Source: a virus (taxonomy: Duplodnaviria > Heunggongvirae > Uroviricota > Caudoviricetes). Taken from it: a stretch of 19,800 nt of DNA. Positions 1 to 8,759 of this stretch are shown here, piece after piece. Location of the stretch: positions 1 to 19,800 of IMG/VR virus record IMGVR_UViG_2609459834_000013; one strand, 5' to 3'. Both the position numbers and the translations under genes were made by a program. A model generated the notes under the pieces. It had not been told where the DNA came from, searched no databases, and saw only the letters and a program-made list of their open reading frames with translations. Each line of letters starts with the position of its first letter. Positions within the stretch are counted from its first letter, which is position 1.

Positions 1-123
<123 letters not shown>

Positions 124-223
124 AAACCGGAAATAACGCCAGAAATGGTGGAAAAAATAGCCTAAATAGGCTGATTCGATGTGTTTGCGGGAAAAAAATC
201 GGCCCAGATCCGCGAAATTTTAA

Positions 224-946
224 TCAGCGAGTCAACTTGGGAAGAAATGACCTGCTTATTCGCACCTTCCCAAGATACACATGCCGATAAAGCTCGTGAT
301 TAGCCTTCTTCATAATCTCCATATCCCTGCGGAGAGTTTCCGGGAACCATGGATTAGCTGTGTAGTTGATCTGCTTGACGATGCAGTAGCGATTACCGTT
401 TTCGTCATAGTCGGGGTATATGCGATTCGTAACAAAGCGCTGATGTGTATCGCTGAGTCTGTTCTTCGGGTTGTATGCAACCCATATTTCCGACTCAACC
501 ACTCGACCATACTCAGCGCTGTAGAACTCTTTACGTACCGTTGGGATAAGCGTTTCCCATGAGTCCTTTGATACGTTTTCTGCTTCCTCTACAAGGGCGG
601 CATCGAAGTTTGCGTAACCTTTGATATTTTCCACGTTAAGGCGCAGGAAGTCGAAACTGATACGTCCGCCGCTATTGGCAAATATCTCTGTCTTATTGAT
701 AGTCACCAGTGAGTGGAGGTTTCGGCGGTTAATCTCTTCAACAATTTCCGCATAGCATGATTCCTTGATGGACTTCATGTACTCACGAAAACAGATAAGC
801 TTCCATCCGTGATAGATGACGTTATTGAGGAGGATTGTTATGAACGTTCGCGTCTTGGCGGAACCTCGCCCGCCATAAGCTACCTTGAATCTGGCTGGCT
901 GCAGGTATTCCTCAAACGCTTCAGGAATGCTGCATTGCTCTGTCAT
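224..946 (-). pseudogene. phage terminase large subunit, apparently 3'-truncated (ATPase domain only, 240 aa)
   Basis: ORF track 224..946; N-terminal Walker A-like motif GGRGSAKT typical of terminase large subunit ATPases; start overlaps terS stop (ATGA). Stop at 224 and no continuing minus-strand frame; terminase large subunits are normally over 400 aa with a C-terminal nuclease domain. Confidence 0.6.
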
Positions 947-1386
947 TGCGTCTCGCTTTTTACAATGTTATACACTGGAGCTTTTGGAGTCATGGAGCCG
1001 TCATCAGATGTATGGTTGACGTCCTGCTTCTCTCGCCATTTATCTTTCTGTCTGTTCTTGAGCCAGAAGATGGCGGCAGTTGTATCAGGCGGGTAATACT
1101 TCTTAAGCGGAGTTTCGACAATTCTGTTTTCAATAACACGAATATCGATGTCTGGAGCCACGAAGCCCATAGCGCGTTGATAAAGACGATCACTAACTTC
1201 TGCATCAGCGACGGCCTTACCCTTTTTTATGGACTCTAAAAACTCCGGATATTCCAATTTCCAATTGTTGATTGTTGCCTCGCTAACTTCAAAGAAGTCA
1301 GCGAGTTCGGCGTCTGTATAGCCCAGCAAGCACAGTTTGCGTGCCTGTTCGGCATACGCCTCTTGATACTTTGTTGGGCGCGCCAT
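943..1386 (-). CDS. phage terminase small subunit (HTH-type)
   Basis: ORF track 147 aa; N-terminal HTH-like region (…YTDAELADFFEVSEATINNWK…) and position immediately upstream of the large subunit with overlapping stop/start. Confidence 0.7.
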   Translation of the reverse strand: MARPTKYQEAYAEQARKLCLLGYTDAELADFFEVSEATINNWKLEYPEFLESIKKGKAVADAEVSDRLYQRAMGFVAPDIDIRVIENRIVETPLKKYYPPDTTAAIFWLKNRQKDKWREKQDVNHTSDDGSMTPKAPVYNIVKSETQ

Positions 1387-1388
1387 GT

Positions 1389-1631
1389 TTATGCTCCGGT
1401 GGTGAACAGGTCTAACGCTTCCTTCGATTTACGCACCGCTTCGATAGTGCGGGTCGTGATATCCGAATTAGCGCCGCCTGACTGGAAGTGAATTTTGAAT
1501 AGCTCAAGCTTCAGCTCGTCAGTGCCAATGAACTGAAATGCTTCTTCTGCGGCTGCGTTCTGGTTCATGACCAGTTTGTAAATCTCTAACTGGAATTTCT
1601 GTTCTTCAGTCATGGGAATAATCTCTGCCAT
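1389..1631 (-). CDS. hypothetical protein (80 aa)
   Basis: ORF track; ATG start preceded by ACGGAG Shine-Dalgarno; ends 2 bp before terS start. Confidence 0.5.
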   Translation of the reverse strand: MAEIIPMTEEQKFQLEIYKLVMNQNAAAEEAFQFIGTDELKLELFKIHFQSGGANSDITTRTIEAVRKSKEALDLFTTGA

Positions 1632-1927
1632 TGTTGGCTCCGTTTATCCGTTAAAAGGGATATCAGTTAAGTTATCCCGTGTAGGGTATAAGCCATTGTC
1701 GAGACCACTCATTGAATGGTCTCTGCAATAACCGATGTCTTTCCATCAGTCCGCCACCACAAAGAATCTTTTTTTGCCATAAGGCAGGAGGTTCATCTTT
1801 CAGTGGCTGCCAGTGTTATTTCCCCACTTACTGGCTTGGGTTGTTTCGTGGTACTGCCGTTAACTGGTGGCCCAGAATAAATTCCGGTTTCATTATCAAG
1901 CCCACCCGTAAATGGGCTTTGTAATGG

Positions 1928-2185
1928 CTACTTCGCTTTTGCTTCCGCTCGCTTACGCCGGCGCTCTTCTTTCCTCTCGGCTTTTGCCATGTCCATGAAT
2001 GCCTGCATGATCGAGTTCCGCATCATGTAGCTAACAAAGTGATGATTGACACAGCCGTTGAGGCGCAGCTGCTCGCCAAACTCATCCACCGAGGCCAATG
2101 CTTCCATCATGCCATTCTCGCCTTTCATGAACTCTGAGAAGTCACGTCCCGCTCTGGAGGCGCATTCAATGACACGATCACTCAT
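1928..2185 (-). CDS. hypothetical protein (85 aa) with highly basic C-terminal tail (ERKEERRRKRAEAKAK)
   Basis: ORF track; start overlaps stop of the KilA-N gene (ATGA coupling). Confidence 0.5.
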   Translation of the reverse strand: MSDRVIECASRAGRDFSEFMKGENGMMEALASVDEFGEQLRLNGCVNHHFVSYMMRNSIMQAFMDMAKAERKEERRRKRAEAKAK

Positions 2186-2679
2186 CCCGGAAGCCCGGGG
2201 ATCGTAATCTGCAGCTGGTTAGCCAGGGAGTTAATCTCAGCGACCAACACTGGCTTCGTATAGCGCCATGCTGCCAGCCCTTGTCCGCAGAAGCTCGCCA
2301 TGTCTTTCTTCTGGTCAAACTCATGACATTTCATGTTGAGCTGCGCACTTAAGCTGTTGCGATGCTGAAGTTCTCCGGTGAAGTAGTCATCGAGGACTTT
2401 ATAGGCCGCGTACTTGAACCCGGGGTTTAACCAAGCCGCATAATCGTAAGCAACAAACTTCCCGCCATATGTTCCACCGTGTACACCGCGCTCAGTAAAA
2501 ACCACAGATTCGTGGTTTTTCTCCAGCTCGGCTAAGAACTCTTTGGTCTGCTTGTTTCGCAGGTAGTGGTAAGGCGATTCAGATTCACTTTTACCACTGG
2601 CTTTCCACATATCAGTGAGGCAGATCATGCCATCTTCACCGATACGAATTGGTTGATTGAAGAGGGTTAATGATTTCAT
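2182..2679 (-). CDS. KilA-N domain protein (165 aa)
   Basis: ORF track; N-terminal region (…IRIGEDGMICLTDMWKASGK…YLRNKQTKEFL…) matches the KilA-N/APSES-type DNA-binding domain as I recall it from phage Ant/Bro proteins. Confidence 0.6.
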   Translation of the reverse strand: MKSLTLFNQPIRIGEDGMICLTDMWKASGKSESESPYHYLRNKQTKEFLAELEKNHESVVFTERGVHGGTYGGKFVAYDYAAWLNPGFKYAAYKVLDDYFTGELQHRNSLSAQLNMKCHEFDQKKDMASFCGQGLAAWRYTKPVLVAEINSLANQLQITIPGLPG

Positions 2680-2794
2680 AGCGTGTACCTACTCTTTGAA
2701 ATGAACCTTTGCCGCACAGGAAACCAGCCCACCGAGGCTCGCCAGCACTAACTGGTATCCTCAAAGGCCCATTCCAAAGGGGCAGGTTCGGTGT

Positions 2795-2820
2795 AAAAAA
2801 CATGCGTTGCGGTACGCATT
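2795..2820 (-). terminator. intrinsic terminator candidate (second of two after Rz)
   Basis: Minus-strand RNA AUGCGU-ACCGCA-ACGCAU followed by GUUUUUU; 6-bp stem. Coordinates approximate. Confidence 0.45.
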
Positions 2821-2821
2821 T

Positions 2822-2848
2822 ATTGCAAAAAGCCCCGCATCGCGAGGC
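2822..2848 (-). terminator. intrinsic terminator candidate directly downstream of Rz
   Basis: Minus-strand RNA AGCCUCGC-GAU-GCGGGGCU (7-8 bp stem with one G-U pair) followed by UUUUUGCAAU. Coordinates approximate. Confidence 0.5.
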
Positions 2849-2880
2849 TCATTAAATGGACTTTGTGATTTGCAAAAAAA

Positions 2881-3318
2881 TTATTTCAGGCATTGCGTCC
2901 TGATGTACTCCTGCAGGTAGTTAACCTGCGCGGTTATCCTGTCGATTCCACTTCGGAGACGGTAATAATTGAGTTCAGCATCTGCTGTAAGTCTTGGGCT
3001 TTCTCCATCGCCCATGCTGCTGGCTCCGGTCTTTGACTTTGCACAGGAGGCGGCGACTTGCAGCCGCTTACGCCCAGCAGAAACATCATCACGGAGACTT
3101 TCGATAGTCGCGTTAGCATCAGCAAGCTCCTTTGTATATCTGGCATCGAGTTCTGCTACGTCACGTTGACGCTTCTGCATGTCAGCGATGATGGATGTGG
3201 CTTTGTCGCGCTGCTCTTTGTAGGCGATGGCGTTATCACGGTAATGATTAACAGCCCATGACAGGCAGACGATGATGCAGATAACCAGAGCGGAGATAAT
3301 CGCGGTTACTCTGCTCAT
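2881..3318 (-). CDS. Rz: Rz i-spanin (145 aa)
   Basis: ORF track; N-terminal signal-anchor [31 protein letters not shown] matches lambda Rz as I recall it, then diverges; start overlaps R stop. Confidence 0.85.
   Translation of the reverse strand: MSRVTAIISALVICIIVCLSWAVNHYRDNAIAYKEQRDKATSIIADMQKRQRDVAELDARYTKELADANATIESLRDDVSAGRKRLQVAASCAKSKTGASSMGDGESPRLTADAELNYYRLRSGIDRITAQVNYLQEYIRTQCLK
2934..3119 (-). CDS. Rz1: Rz1 o-spanin lipoprotein embedded in the +1 frame of Rz
   Basis: Track ORF 2934..3146 contains [20 protein letters not shown] with lipobox and a proline-rich mature region ([16 protein letters not shown]). Start chosen at the internal Met (3119); a start at 3089 is also possible. 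Confidence 0.7.
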   Translation of the reverse strand: MLTRLSKVSVMMFLLGVSGCKSPPPVQSQRPEPAAWAMEKAQDLQQMLNSIITVSEVESTG

Positions 3319-3791
3319 ACCTCAATATCTCTGACCGTTCCGCCAGCCTCTTTGAATTTTGCAATCAGGTTGTCAGCCTTATGCTCGAACTGGCCATAGC
3401 CAGCGCCCGGCAGTGAAGCCCAGATATTGCTGCAACGGTCGATTGCCTGACGAATATCACCGCGGTCAATCATCGGTAAAGCGCCACGCTCTTTAATCTG
3501 TTGCAATGCCACAGCGTCCTGGCTTTTCGGAGAGAAGTCTTTCAGGCCAAGCTGCTTACGATAGGCATCCCACCAACGGGAAAGAAGCTGATAGCGCCCG
3601 GCGGCTGTTGATTTGAGTTTGGGGTTTAGCGTGACAAGTTTGCGAGGGTGATCGGAGTAATCAGTGAATAGCTCTCCACCTACAATGACGTCATAACCAT
3701 GATTTCTGGTTTTCTGCCGTCCGTTATCAGTTCCCTCTGACCACGCCAGCATATCGAGGAACGCCTTACGTTGATTATTGATTTCCACCAT
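3315..3791 (-). CDS. R: endolysin R (lytic transglycosylase), 158 aa
   Basis: ORF track; sequence [39 protein letters not shown]… recognised as near-identical to lambda R. Confidence 0.95.
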   Translation of the reverse strand: MVEINNQRKAFLDMLAWSEGTDNGRQKTRNHGYDVIVGGELFTDYSDHPRKLVTLNPKLKSTAAGRYQLLSRWWDAYRKQLGLKDFSPKSQDAVALQQIKERGALPMIDRGDIRQAIDRCSNIWASLPGAGYGQFEHKADNLIAKFKEAGGTVRDIEV

Positions 3792-4098
3792 CTTCTACTC
3801 CGGCTTTTTTAGCAGCGAAGCGTTTGATAAGCGAACCAATCGAGTCAGTACCGATGTAGCCGATGAACACGCTCGTTATATAAGCGAGATTGCTACTTAG
3901 TCCGGCGAAGTCGAGAAGGTCACGAATGAACCAGGCGATAATGGCGCACATCGTTGCGTCGATTACTGTTTTTGTAAACGCACCGCCATTATATCTGCCG
4001 CGAAGGTACGCCATTGCAAACGCAAGGATTGCCCCGATGCCTTGTTCCTTTGCCGCGAGAATGGCGGCTAACAGGTCATGTTTTTCTGGCATCTTCAT
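3775..4098 (-). CDS. S: holin S (S107/S105 dual-start), 107 aa
   Basis: ORF track; [43 protein letters not shown]… recognised as lambda S including the MKM dual-start motif. Confidence 0.95.
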   Translation of the reverse strand: MKMPEKHDLLAAILAAKEQGIGAILAFAMAYLRGRYNGGAFTKTVIDATMCAIIAWFIRDLLDFAGLSSNLAYITSVFIGYIGTDSIGSLIKRFAAKKAGVEDGGNQ

Positions 4099-4218
4099 GT
4101 CTTACCCCCAATAAGGGGATTTGCTCTATTTAATTAGGAATAAGGTCGATTACTGATAGAACAAATCCAGGCTACTGTGTTTAGTAATCAGATTTGTTCG
4201 TGACCGATATGCACGGGC

Positions 4219-4253
4219 AAAACGGCAGGAGGTTGTTAGCGCAACCTCTTGCC
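4219..4253 (-). terminator. strong hairpin / possible terminator between tR' and S
   Basis: 12-bp inverted repeat GGCAGGAGGTTG / CAACCTCTTGCC (one mismatch) with 6-nt loop; minus-strand RNA followed by GUUUUG. Coordinates approximate. Confidence 0.35.
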
Positions 4254-4390
4254 ACCCGCTTTCACGAAGCCAGCCATTGCGCTGGTTTTCTTTTATGCAA
4301 AGCACACCGCACCGTAGCCACAGCGGATAAGGTGATTATTTTTGTCTGTCTGGTATTTGGTTTGATGTGCTTTCAGAAAGGTCGTGATTA

Positions 4391-4424
4391 AAACGCAAAA
4401 AGCCCCGAGCTATTAACTCAGGGC
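4391..4424 (-). terminator. tR' intrinsic terminator of the short pR' leader transcript
   Basis: Minus-strand RNA GCCCUGAG-UUAAUAG-CUCGGGGC followed by UUUUUGCGUUUU, about 40-60 nt downstream of the pR' candidate. Confidence 0.7.
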
Positions 4425-4460
4425 TTTATTTAACGAGTGCATTTATCCATCGTTGAGTCA

Positions 4461-4489
4461 AATTTACCCAATCTTATTCAAAAAGTCAA
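4461..4489 (-). promoter_or_regulatory. late promoter pR' candidate (-35 TTGACT, 17-bp spacer, -10 TAAATT) with overlapping Q-utilisation region
   Basis: Hexamers read on the minus strand immediately downstream of Q stop; arrangement matches the lambda pR' location. Confidence 0.6.
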
Positions 4490-4531
4490 TATCATGCCGT
4501 TAATATGTTGCCATCCGTGGCAATCATGCTG

Positions 4532-5155
4532 CTAACGTGTGACCGCATTCAAAATGTTGTCTGCGATTGACTCTTCTTTGTGGCATTGCACCACCAGAGC
4601 GTCATACAGCGGCTTAACGGTGCGTGACCAGGTGGGTTGGGTAAGGTTTGGGATTAGCATCGTCACAGCGCGATATGCGGCGCTTGCTGGCATCCTTGAA
4701 TAGCCGACGCCTTTGCATCTTCCGCACTCTTTCTCGACAACTCTCCCCCACTGCTCTGTTTTTGCTATATCAACCGCACGGCCTGTACCGTGGCAATCTC
4801 TGCATCTTGCGCCCGGCGTCGCGGCACTACGGCAATAATCCGCATAAGCGAATGTTGCGAGCACTTGCAGTACCTTTGCCTTAGTATTTCCTTCGAGCTT
4901 TGCCACACCACGGTATTTCCCCGATACCTTGTGTGCAAATTGCATCAGATAGTTGATAGCCTTTTGTTTGTCGTTCTGGCTGAGTTCGTGCTTACCACAG
5001 AATGCAGCCATTCCGAATCCGGCTTGTGATTGCGCCATCCCCATAGCAGCCATCACATCAGTACCGGAAAGAGAGTCAGAAGCCGTAGCCCGTGGTGAGT
5101 CGCTCATCATCGGGCTTTTTGGCGAATGAAATTTAGCTACGCTTTCGAGTCTCAT
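4532..5155 (-). CDS. Q: late antiterminator Q (207 aa)
   Basis: ORF track; [34 protein letters not shown]… and the Cys-rich zinc-binding region recognised as lambda Q; start overlaps ninI stop. Confidence 0.95.
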   Translation of the reverse strand: MRLESVAKFHSPKSPMMSDSPRATASDSLSGTDVMAAMGMAQSQAGFGMAAFCGKHELSQNDKQKAINYLMQFAHKVSGKYRGVAKLEGNTKAKVLQVLATFAYADYCRSAATPGARCRDCHGTGRAVDIAKTEQWGRVVEKECGRCKGVGYSRMPASAAYRAVTMLIPNLTQPTWSRTVKPLYDALVVQCHKEESIADNILNAVTR

Positions 5156-5817
5156 GCGCCTTCTCCCTGTACCTGAATCAATGTGAGGTTTCCGCAGAAC
5201 ACTGCGCCGGTATCGATATACATCTGGTTGGCAAACTTGAGTGGTTTCACTGCTGGCGTATGACCAAAGATGAACGTGTCCGCACCTTTGATTTCTTTCA
5301 CGATCCCGTCTTGTGAGTTGCTGATTCGTTCGCGGTTCCAGATTACCTGCTGATGATCAACTGGTTTTCCAAACTCGTATTCGTCACAAGGATAATCGGC
5401 GTGGCAGATGACATATTTTTTATCTTTGCTCACCAGTTCGATGATTAACGGAAGTTCATCTGCTTTATGGGCAAGAGCTTTAGCCAGAATTTCTTTGTCG
5501 TAATCGAGATTAAAGAACCATCCACCGCCATTAAGCAGCCAGTGATTAACGTTTCCACGCTCTGATAAGCCATCAATCATCATTTGCTCATGGTTTCCAC
5601 GTACAGCTCTGAACCAGGGGAATGTGATTAATTCCAGGCATTCGACGTTCTCTGCACCACGATCAACCAAATCGCCCACCGAGATAAGCAGGTCTTTTTT
5701 GTTGTCGAATCCAATCGTATCCAGTTTGTTCATCAGGTTCGTGTAGCATCCGTGCAGATCGCCAACTACCCAAATATTTCGGTATTTGCTGCCATCAATT
5801 TTTTCGTAATAGCGCAT
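5152..5817 (-). CDS. ninI: Ser/Thr protein phosphatase (lambda ORF221 / NinI type), 221 aa
   Basis: Track ORF 5152..5892; metallophosphatase motifs GDLHGC, GDLVDRG, GNHE; start placed at internal Met [13 protein letters not shown] (5817), as in lambda. Confidence 0.85.
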   Translation of the reverse strand: MRYYEKIDGSKYRNIWVVGDLHGCYTNLMNKLDTIGFDNKKDLLISVGDLVDRGAENVECLELITFPWFRAVRGNHEQMMIDGLSERGNVNHWLLNGGGWFFNLDYDKEILAKALAHKADELPLIIELVSKDKKYVICHADYPCDEYEFGKPVDHQQVIWNRERISNSQDGIVKEIKGADTFIFGHTPAVKPLKFANQMYIDTGAVFCGNLTLIQVQGEGA

Positions 5818-6001
5818 CTCTTTCACTCCATCCGCGATGAACCATGAGAACGTCGTTGACGATGGCGTGCATTTTCCCGTCTTTATCATCAACGTATTTT
5901 CTGACCGTACCGCGACTACATTTCAGTCTGCGTGCTACTTCTGTCTGGTTTCCGTATGCTTCAACGAGCATGTCTGGAATGGTTTTTACTGAGAACGTCA
6001 T
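5795..6001 (-). CDS. ninH: NinH (68 aa)
   Basis: ORF track; size, sequence and position match lambda NinH as I recall it. Confidence 0.85.
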   Translation of the reverse strand: MTFSVKTIPDMLVEAYGNQTEVARRLKCSRGTVRKYVDDKDGKMHAIVNDVLMVHRGWSERDALLRKN

Positions 6002-6609
6002 GCGGCCTCACTTCTGCTATTTCGCAGGTCTTTGAGTTTCTGTTGGTACTCTGCCTTGATCGCCTTGCACTCTTCGATAGTCCAGCGATGGCGGTTATGG
6101 TTTGATTCGATTTCGTCTACTGCTTCCTGCCCGATGCGGCTAATCAGTTCGACGCGATACGGAACGAGATTTCCGCTTTTGTGCTGGTTGCACACCACGC
6201 ATTGCTTGTGAATATTGCGTTCATCAAATCGGAGTTGAGGTGCCGCAGCAGTTGTCCGGTAATGTCCGGCATCCCACTGAGCAGACGTGAGCGTTCCGCA
6301 CGAGATACATGGTAAGTCGCGGTCTCTTTCTCTGATGAAGGCGTTTACGGCTTGTTGGGCTTGTTTAATCCAGTAACTGCGGGGCTTTAAGGCGAGTTTT
6401 CGAATCTTAAGTTTATCTTTCTGTTTCTGCTCCTCTCGTCGTCGTTTCTTCTCTGCTGCTTTTTCCGCTTTTTCGCGTTCTTTGCTTCGTCGTTCGAGTG
6501 CTATCTTGGTTCCACGCTCTGGAGAGCACCACCACTGATTAGCGAATGCAGGGTGAAACCATTCCCGGCATTCATCGTTTTTACATCGTCTTCGCGCTGG
6601 TTTAGCCAT
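5998..6609 (-). CDS. ninG: NinG (Rap) recombination protein, 203 aa
   Basis: ORF track; Cys-rich N-terminus and lysine-rich linker recognised as lambda NinG. Confidence 0.9.
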   Translation of the reverse strand: MAKPARRRCKNDECREWFHPAFANQWWCSPERGTKIALERRSKEREKAEKAAEKKRRREEQKQKDKLKIRKLALKPRSYWIKQAQQAVNAFIRERDRDLPCISCGTLTSAQWDAGHYRTTAAAPQLRFDERNIHKQCVVCNQHKSGNLVPYRVELISRIGQEAVDEIESNHNRHRWTIEECKAIKAEYQQKLKDLRNSRSEAA

Positions 6610-6878
6610 TATGGTTCACTCCAGTAATTCTCAATTGCAGCAGCCATTCTCTGCATCCACTCAGCCAGCTTTAACGCGGCTTCTCTTTCAGAACCACATT
6701 TAGGGAAATCCTTCATTTCCATGCTGGCCTTATATGTTCTGAATGCCAGGTCTCCGGTAATAACCAACTCCTGATCAAGCACCGAGCGTTTATTCCGGTG
6801 TTGAACGTAATAGACAAATTCAGTCCGCATTTCTTCTCTGTCTTTTTTGAAGGAAATAAGCTCAGAGAAATCACTCAT
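6609..6878 (-). CDS. hypothetical nin-region protein (89 aa)
   Basis: ORF track; ATG start overlapping ninF stop; no family recognised. Confidence 0.5.
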   Translation of the reverse strand: MSDFSELISFKKDREEMRTEFVYYVQHRNKRSVLDQELVITGDLAFRTYKASMEMKDFPKCGSEREAALKLAEWMQRMAAAIENYWSEP

Positions 6879-7047
6879 CGTCTTCTTCCTCGTACATTGA
6901 GCTATTCGGATCGCTCATCAGTTCTGCGCAGCAGTGCTCACACATGTGAACTTCCAGCACATGCAGCTTCTGACCGCAGTTAGCGCACGTTAAAGCCCGC
7001 TCGACGCTTTCTTTCTGGTATTGAATGGATTGGGATGGGCTAAGCAT
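6871..7047 (-). CDS. ninF: NinF (58 aa; below the ORF-track size cutoff)
   Basis: Hand translation of the minus strand gives [58 protein letters not shown], matching lambda NinF in its Cys motif and acidic tail. Confidence 0.7.
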   Translation of the reverse strand: MLSPSQSIQYQKESVERALTCANCGQKLHVLEVHMCEHCCAELMSDPNSSMYEEEDDE

Positions 7048-7408
7048 TATTGGCGTCCTGCATCATGAGAAAGACAATCATGGCGGCGCGGAGAACATTT
7101 TCATGCTCATGCTCCCAAATAGGGTTGGCAGAAGCACCGTGCAAACCGCTTTCGTTCCAGTCCCAGAGAATGTTAACTCCGTTATCAGCAATAATCGGCC
7201 ATGCGTCTGCTGGGTTTGCGCATGGGTTAAAGGATCCGCGCTCAACTTCTACTTCAACTGCGTCTCCGTTTACAATGTCTCCCTCAAATGAGATAAACAC
7301 CATCGCGCCATTCTCACCTTCTTTGTAATCCGGTGATCCGTTATGAATGGCTTCGAATACCGCCACGTTAATTTCAAAATCACTTAACTGTGAATAATCC
7401 ATTGTCAT
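7040..7408 (-). CDS. hypothetical nin-region protein (122 aa), possibly NinX-like
   Basis: ORF track; sits between ninE and ninF, where P22-type phages carry ninX; start overlaps ninE stop. Family assignment is from memory and weak. Confidence 0.5.
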   Translation of the reverse strand: MTMDYSQLSDFEINVAVFEAIHNGSPDYKEGENGAMVFISFEGDIVNGDAVEVEVERGSFNPCANPADAWPIIADNGVNILWDWNESGLHGASANPIWEHEHENVLRAAMIVFLMMQDANNA

Positions 7409-7581
7409 TTCCTCGCACGTTCTCTAAGCCACCGGATATCCCACAGGTGAGCCGTGTAGTTGAAGGTTTTTACGTCAGATTCTTTTGGGATTGGCTTGCG
7501 TTTATTTCTGGAGCGTTTCGTTGGAAGGTATTTGCAGTTTTCGCAGATGATGTCGGTGAAACTTCGTCGCTGTCGCCTCAT
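7405..7581 (-). CDS. ninE: NinE (58 aa)
   Basis: Track ORF 7405..7671; internal Met [58 protein letters not shown] matches lambda NinE. Confidence 0.85.
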   Translation of the reverse strand: MRRQRRSFTDIICENCKYLPTKRSRNKRKPIPKESDVKTFNYTAHLWDIRWLRERARK

Positions 7582-8105
7582 GCCGCCCTCCTGACGCCCT
7601 GCCCGATCGCCATCAATGCCGCTTTGGATACGGTAGTAAACATCCGTCGAGGACTGATGAACGGTCGCCAAATCAGCAGCATGGAGCCTTTGCTGTTTCC
7701 CTTCTTCTCCAGCCCTGTCGATGGTTCGATAAAATTAATCCGTCCATCAGTGATAATGCGAACTTCGTCGACACTCTCCAGAGCCTTGCTGAACCATCCG
7801 ACTGACATATCCTCTGGCACAAGCATAACTACCGTCTGTCGCTGTTGTATGCACTGCTCAGCGGCTTTTTCCACCCACGGCCTGATATTGCTGTACGGTG
7901 GGTTATTCCAGATTGCACCGTGGCTTATCCACTCAGAATTTAGCGCGTCGTCGACCTCAGTTAACCAGTGAGCGCACAGAGCATTTTTGTCGCTCGCTGC
8001 CGAATCCAGCCAGAATCCAAACTCAATATCCAGTGCATCAAAAAGCCAAAGCGGCGTTTGCCAGCAGTCCTTGTCGTGTGCTGGCGTATTTGATTTGATA
8101 GTCAT
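7578..8105 (-). CDS. phage DNA N6-adenine methyltransferase (orphan Dam type), about 175 aa
   Basis: Track ORF 7578..8165; NPPY catalytic motif (…[13 protein letters not shown]…); start placed at the Met overlapping ninB stop (ATGA). No adjacent restriction endonuclease. Confidence 0.7.
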   Translation of the reverse strand: MTIKSNTPAHDKDCWQTPLWLFDALDIEFGFWLDSAASDKNALCAHWLTEVDDALNSEWISHGAIWNNPPYSNIRPWVEKAAEQCIQQRQTVVMLVPEDMSVGWFSKALESVDEVRIITDGRINFIEPSTGLEKKGNSKGSMLLIWRPFISPRRMFTTVSKAALMAIGQGVRRAA

Positions 8106-8542
8106 GCAGCCCGATCTCCCCATCGCGCTTTCCATTCGAGAGCCAGTCGCGCTTCGTCTGACCACTTAACGCCACGCTCTGTACCGAATGCCTGTATAAG
8201 CTCTAATAGCTCCGCAAATTCGTTTACACGCATCCTGCTGGTTGACTGGCCTATTACCACAAAGCCATTCCCGGCAAGGTTAGGAACAACATCCTGCTGC
8301 TTTAATGCTGCGGTAAACACACACTTCCAGCTTTCTGCATCCAGCCAGCGACCATGCCATTCAACCTGACGAGAGACGTCACCAAGGCAAGCCCAAAGCT
8401 TTCGATTCTGGTCTAAGCTGCGGTTGCGTTCCTGAATGGTTACTACGATTGGTTTGGTTGGGTCTGGAAGGATTTGCTGGATAGCTTGAATGGCGTTCTG
8501 CTGATGGATGGGGCTTCTTAGTTCAAACGTTAGTTTCCTCAT
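8102..8542 (-). CDS. ninB: NinB (Orf) recombination mediator, 146 aa
   Basis: ORF track; near-identical to lambda NinB as I recall it (…PIVVTIQERNRSLDQNRKLWACLGDVSRQVEWHGRWLD…). Confidence 0.9.
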   Translation of the reverse strand: MRKLTFELRSPIHQQNAIQAIQQILPDPTKPIVVTIQERNRSLDQNRKLWACLGDVSRQVEWHGRWLDAESWKCVFTAALKQQDVVPNLAGNGFVVIGQSTSRMRVNEFAELLELIQAFGTERGVKWSDEARLALEWKARWGDRAA

Positions 8543-8759
8543 GGGATGAACTCCAGTTTGTGATGTTAAATTCCCATTTAATTACCTTTGCATACCCAAT
8601 TTTGAACCCATCAATACCTATCCACCGCTTGCCACTCCAATAAGCTGTGCCACTTTGCTTGAAATGATGTGGATGCCTAGATTGAGTGGTCACAGTTACA
8701 GGTAAATATGGCTTCGGGTATTCCCCATTCCCTGGATAACCAGATTTAATTTTGCTCAT
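8523..8759 (-). CDS. hypothetical protein (78 aa), AT-rich gene
   Basis: ORF track; ATG with purine-rich Shine-Dalgarno (GAGAGAGG); overlaps upstream gene stop and ninB start; visibly AT-rich compared with neighbours. Confidence 0.5.
   Translation of the reverse strand: MSKIKSGYPGNGEYPKPYLPVTVTTQSRHPHHFKQSGTAYWSGKRWIGIDGFKIGYAKVIKWEFNITNWSSSHEETNV

Noticed and set aside
809-1239. Track ORFs 809..1096 (+), 946..1239 (+) and 990..1205 (-) overlapping terS/terL
   Set aside because: Antisense or alternate-frame shadows of the well-supported terminase genes.
1712-1924. Track ORF 1712..1924 (+) in the noncoding region upstream of terS
   Set aside because: Cys/Pro/Trp-rich low-complexity translation, opposite to all neighbouring genes, no RBS; the region is better explained as structured noncoding DNA.
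2934-3146. N-terminal extension of the Rz1 frame (start at 3146)
   Set aside because: A lipoprotein signal peptide is best formed when translation starts at an internal Met (3119 or 3089); the upstream extension adds an atypical pre-signal segment.
2969-3261. Track ORFs 2969..3169 (+) and 3058..3261 (+) antisense to Rz
   Set aside because: Shadow ORFs opposite a recognised gene; Ser/Ala-rich low-complexity translations.
3890-4391. Track ORFs 3890..4114 (+) and 4194..4391 (+)
   Set aside because: Antisense to S and to the conserved pR'-S leader; 4194..4391 spans the hairpin and terminator sequences and has no RBS.
5818-5892. Upstream extension of the phosphatase ORF (start at 5892)
   Set aside because: Would overlap ninH by about 100 nt; the lambda-type 221-aa protein begins at the internal Met MRYYEK.
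4648-6035. Track ORFs 4648..4884 (+), 4790..5029 (+) and 5844..6035 (+)
   Set aside because: Antisense shadows of Q and ninH/ninI, which are confidently identified.
8106-8165. N-terminal 20 codons of the Dam track ORF (start at 8165)
   Set aside because: Would overlap ninB; the Met at 8105 gives an ATGA coupling with the ninB stop. The true start remains uncertain.
6798-8169. Track ORFs 6798..6983, 7025..7291, 7050..7328, 7390..7971, 7898..8098, 7987..8169 (all +)
   Set aside because: Antisense to the densely packed, coupled nin genes and Dam gene; compositionally biased translations.
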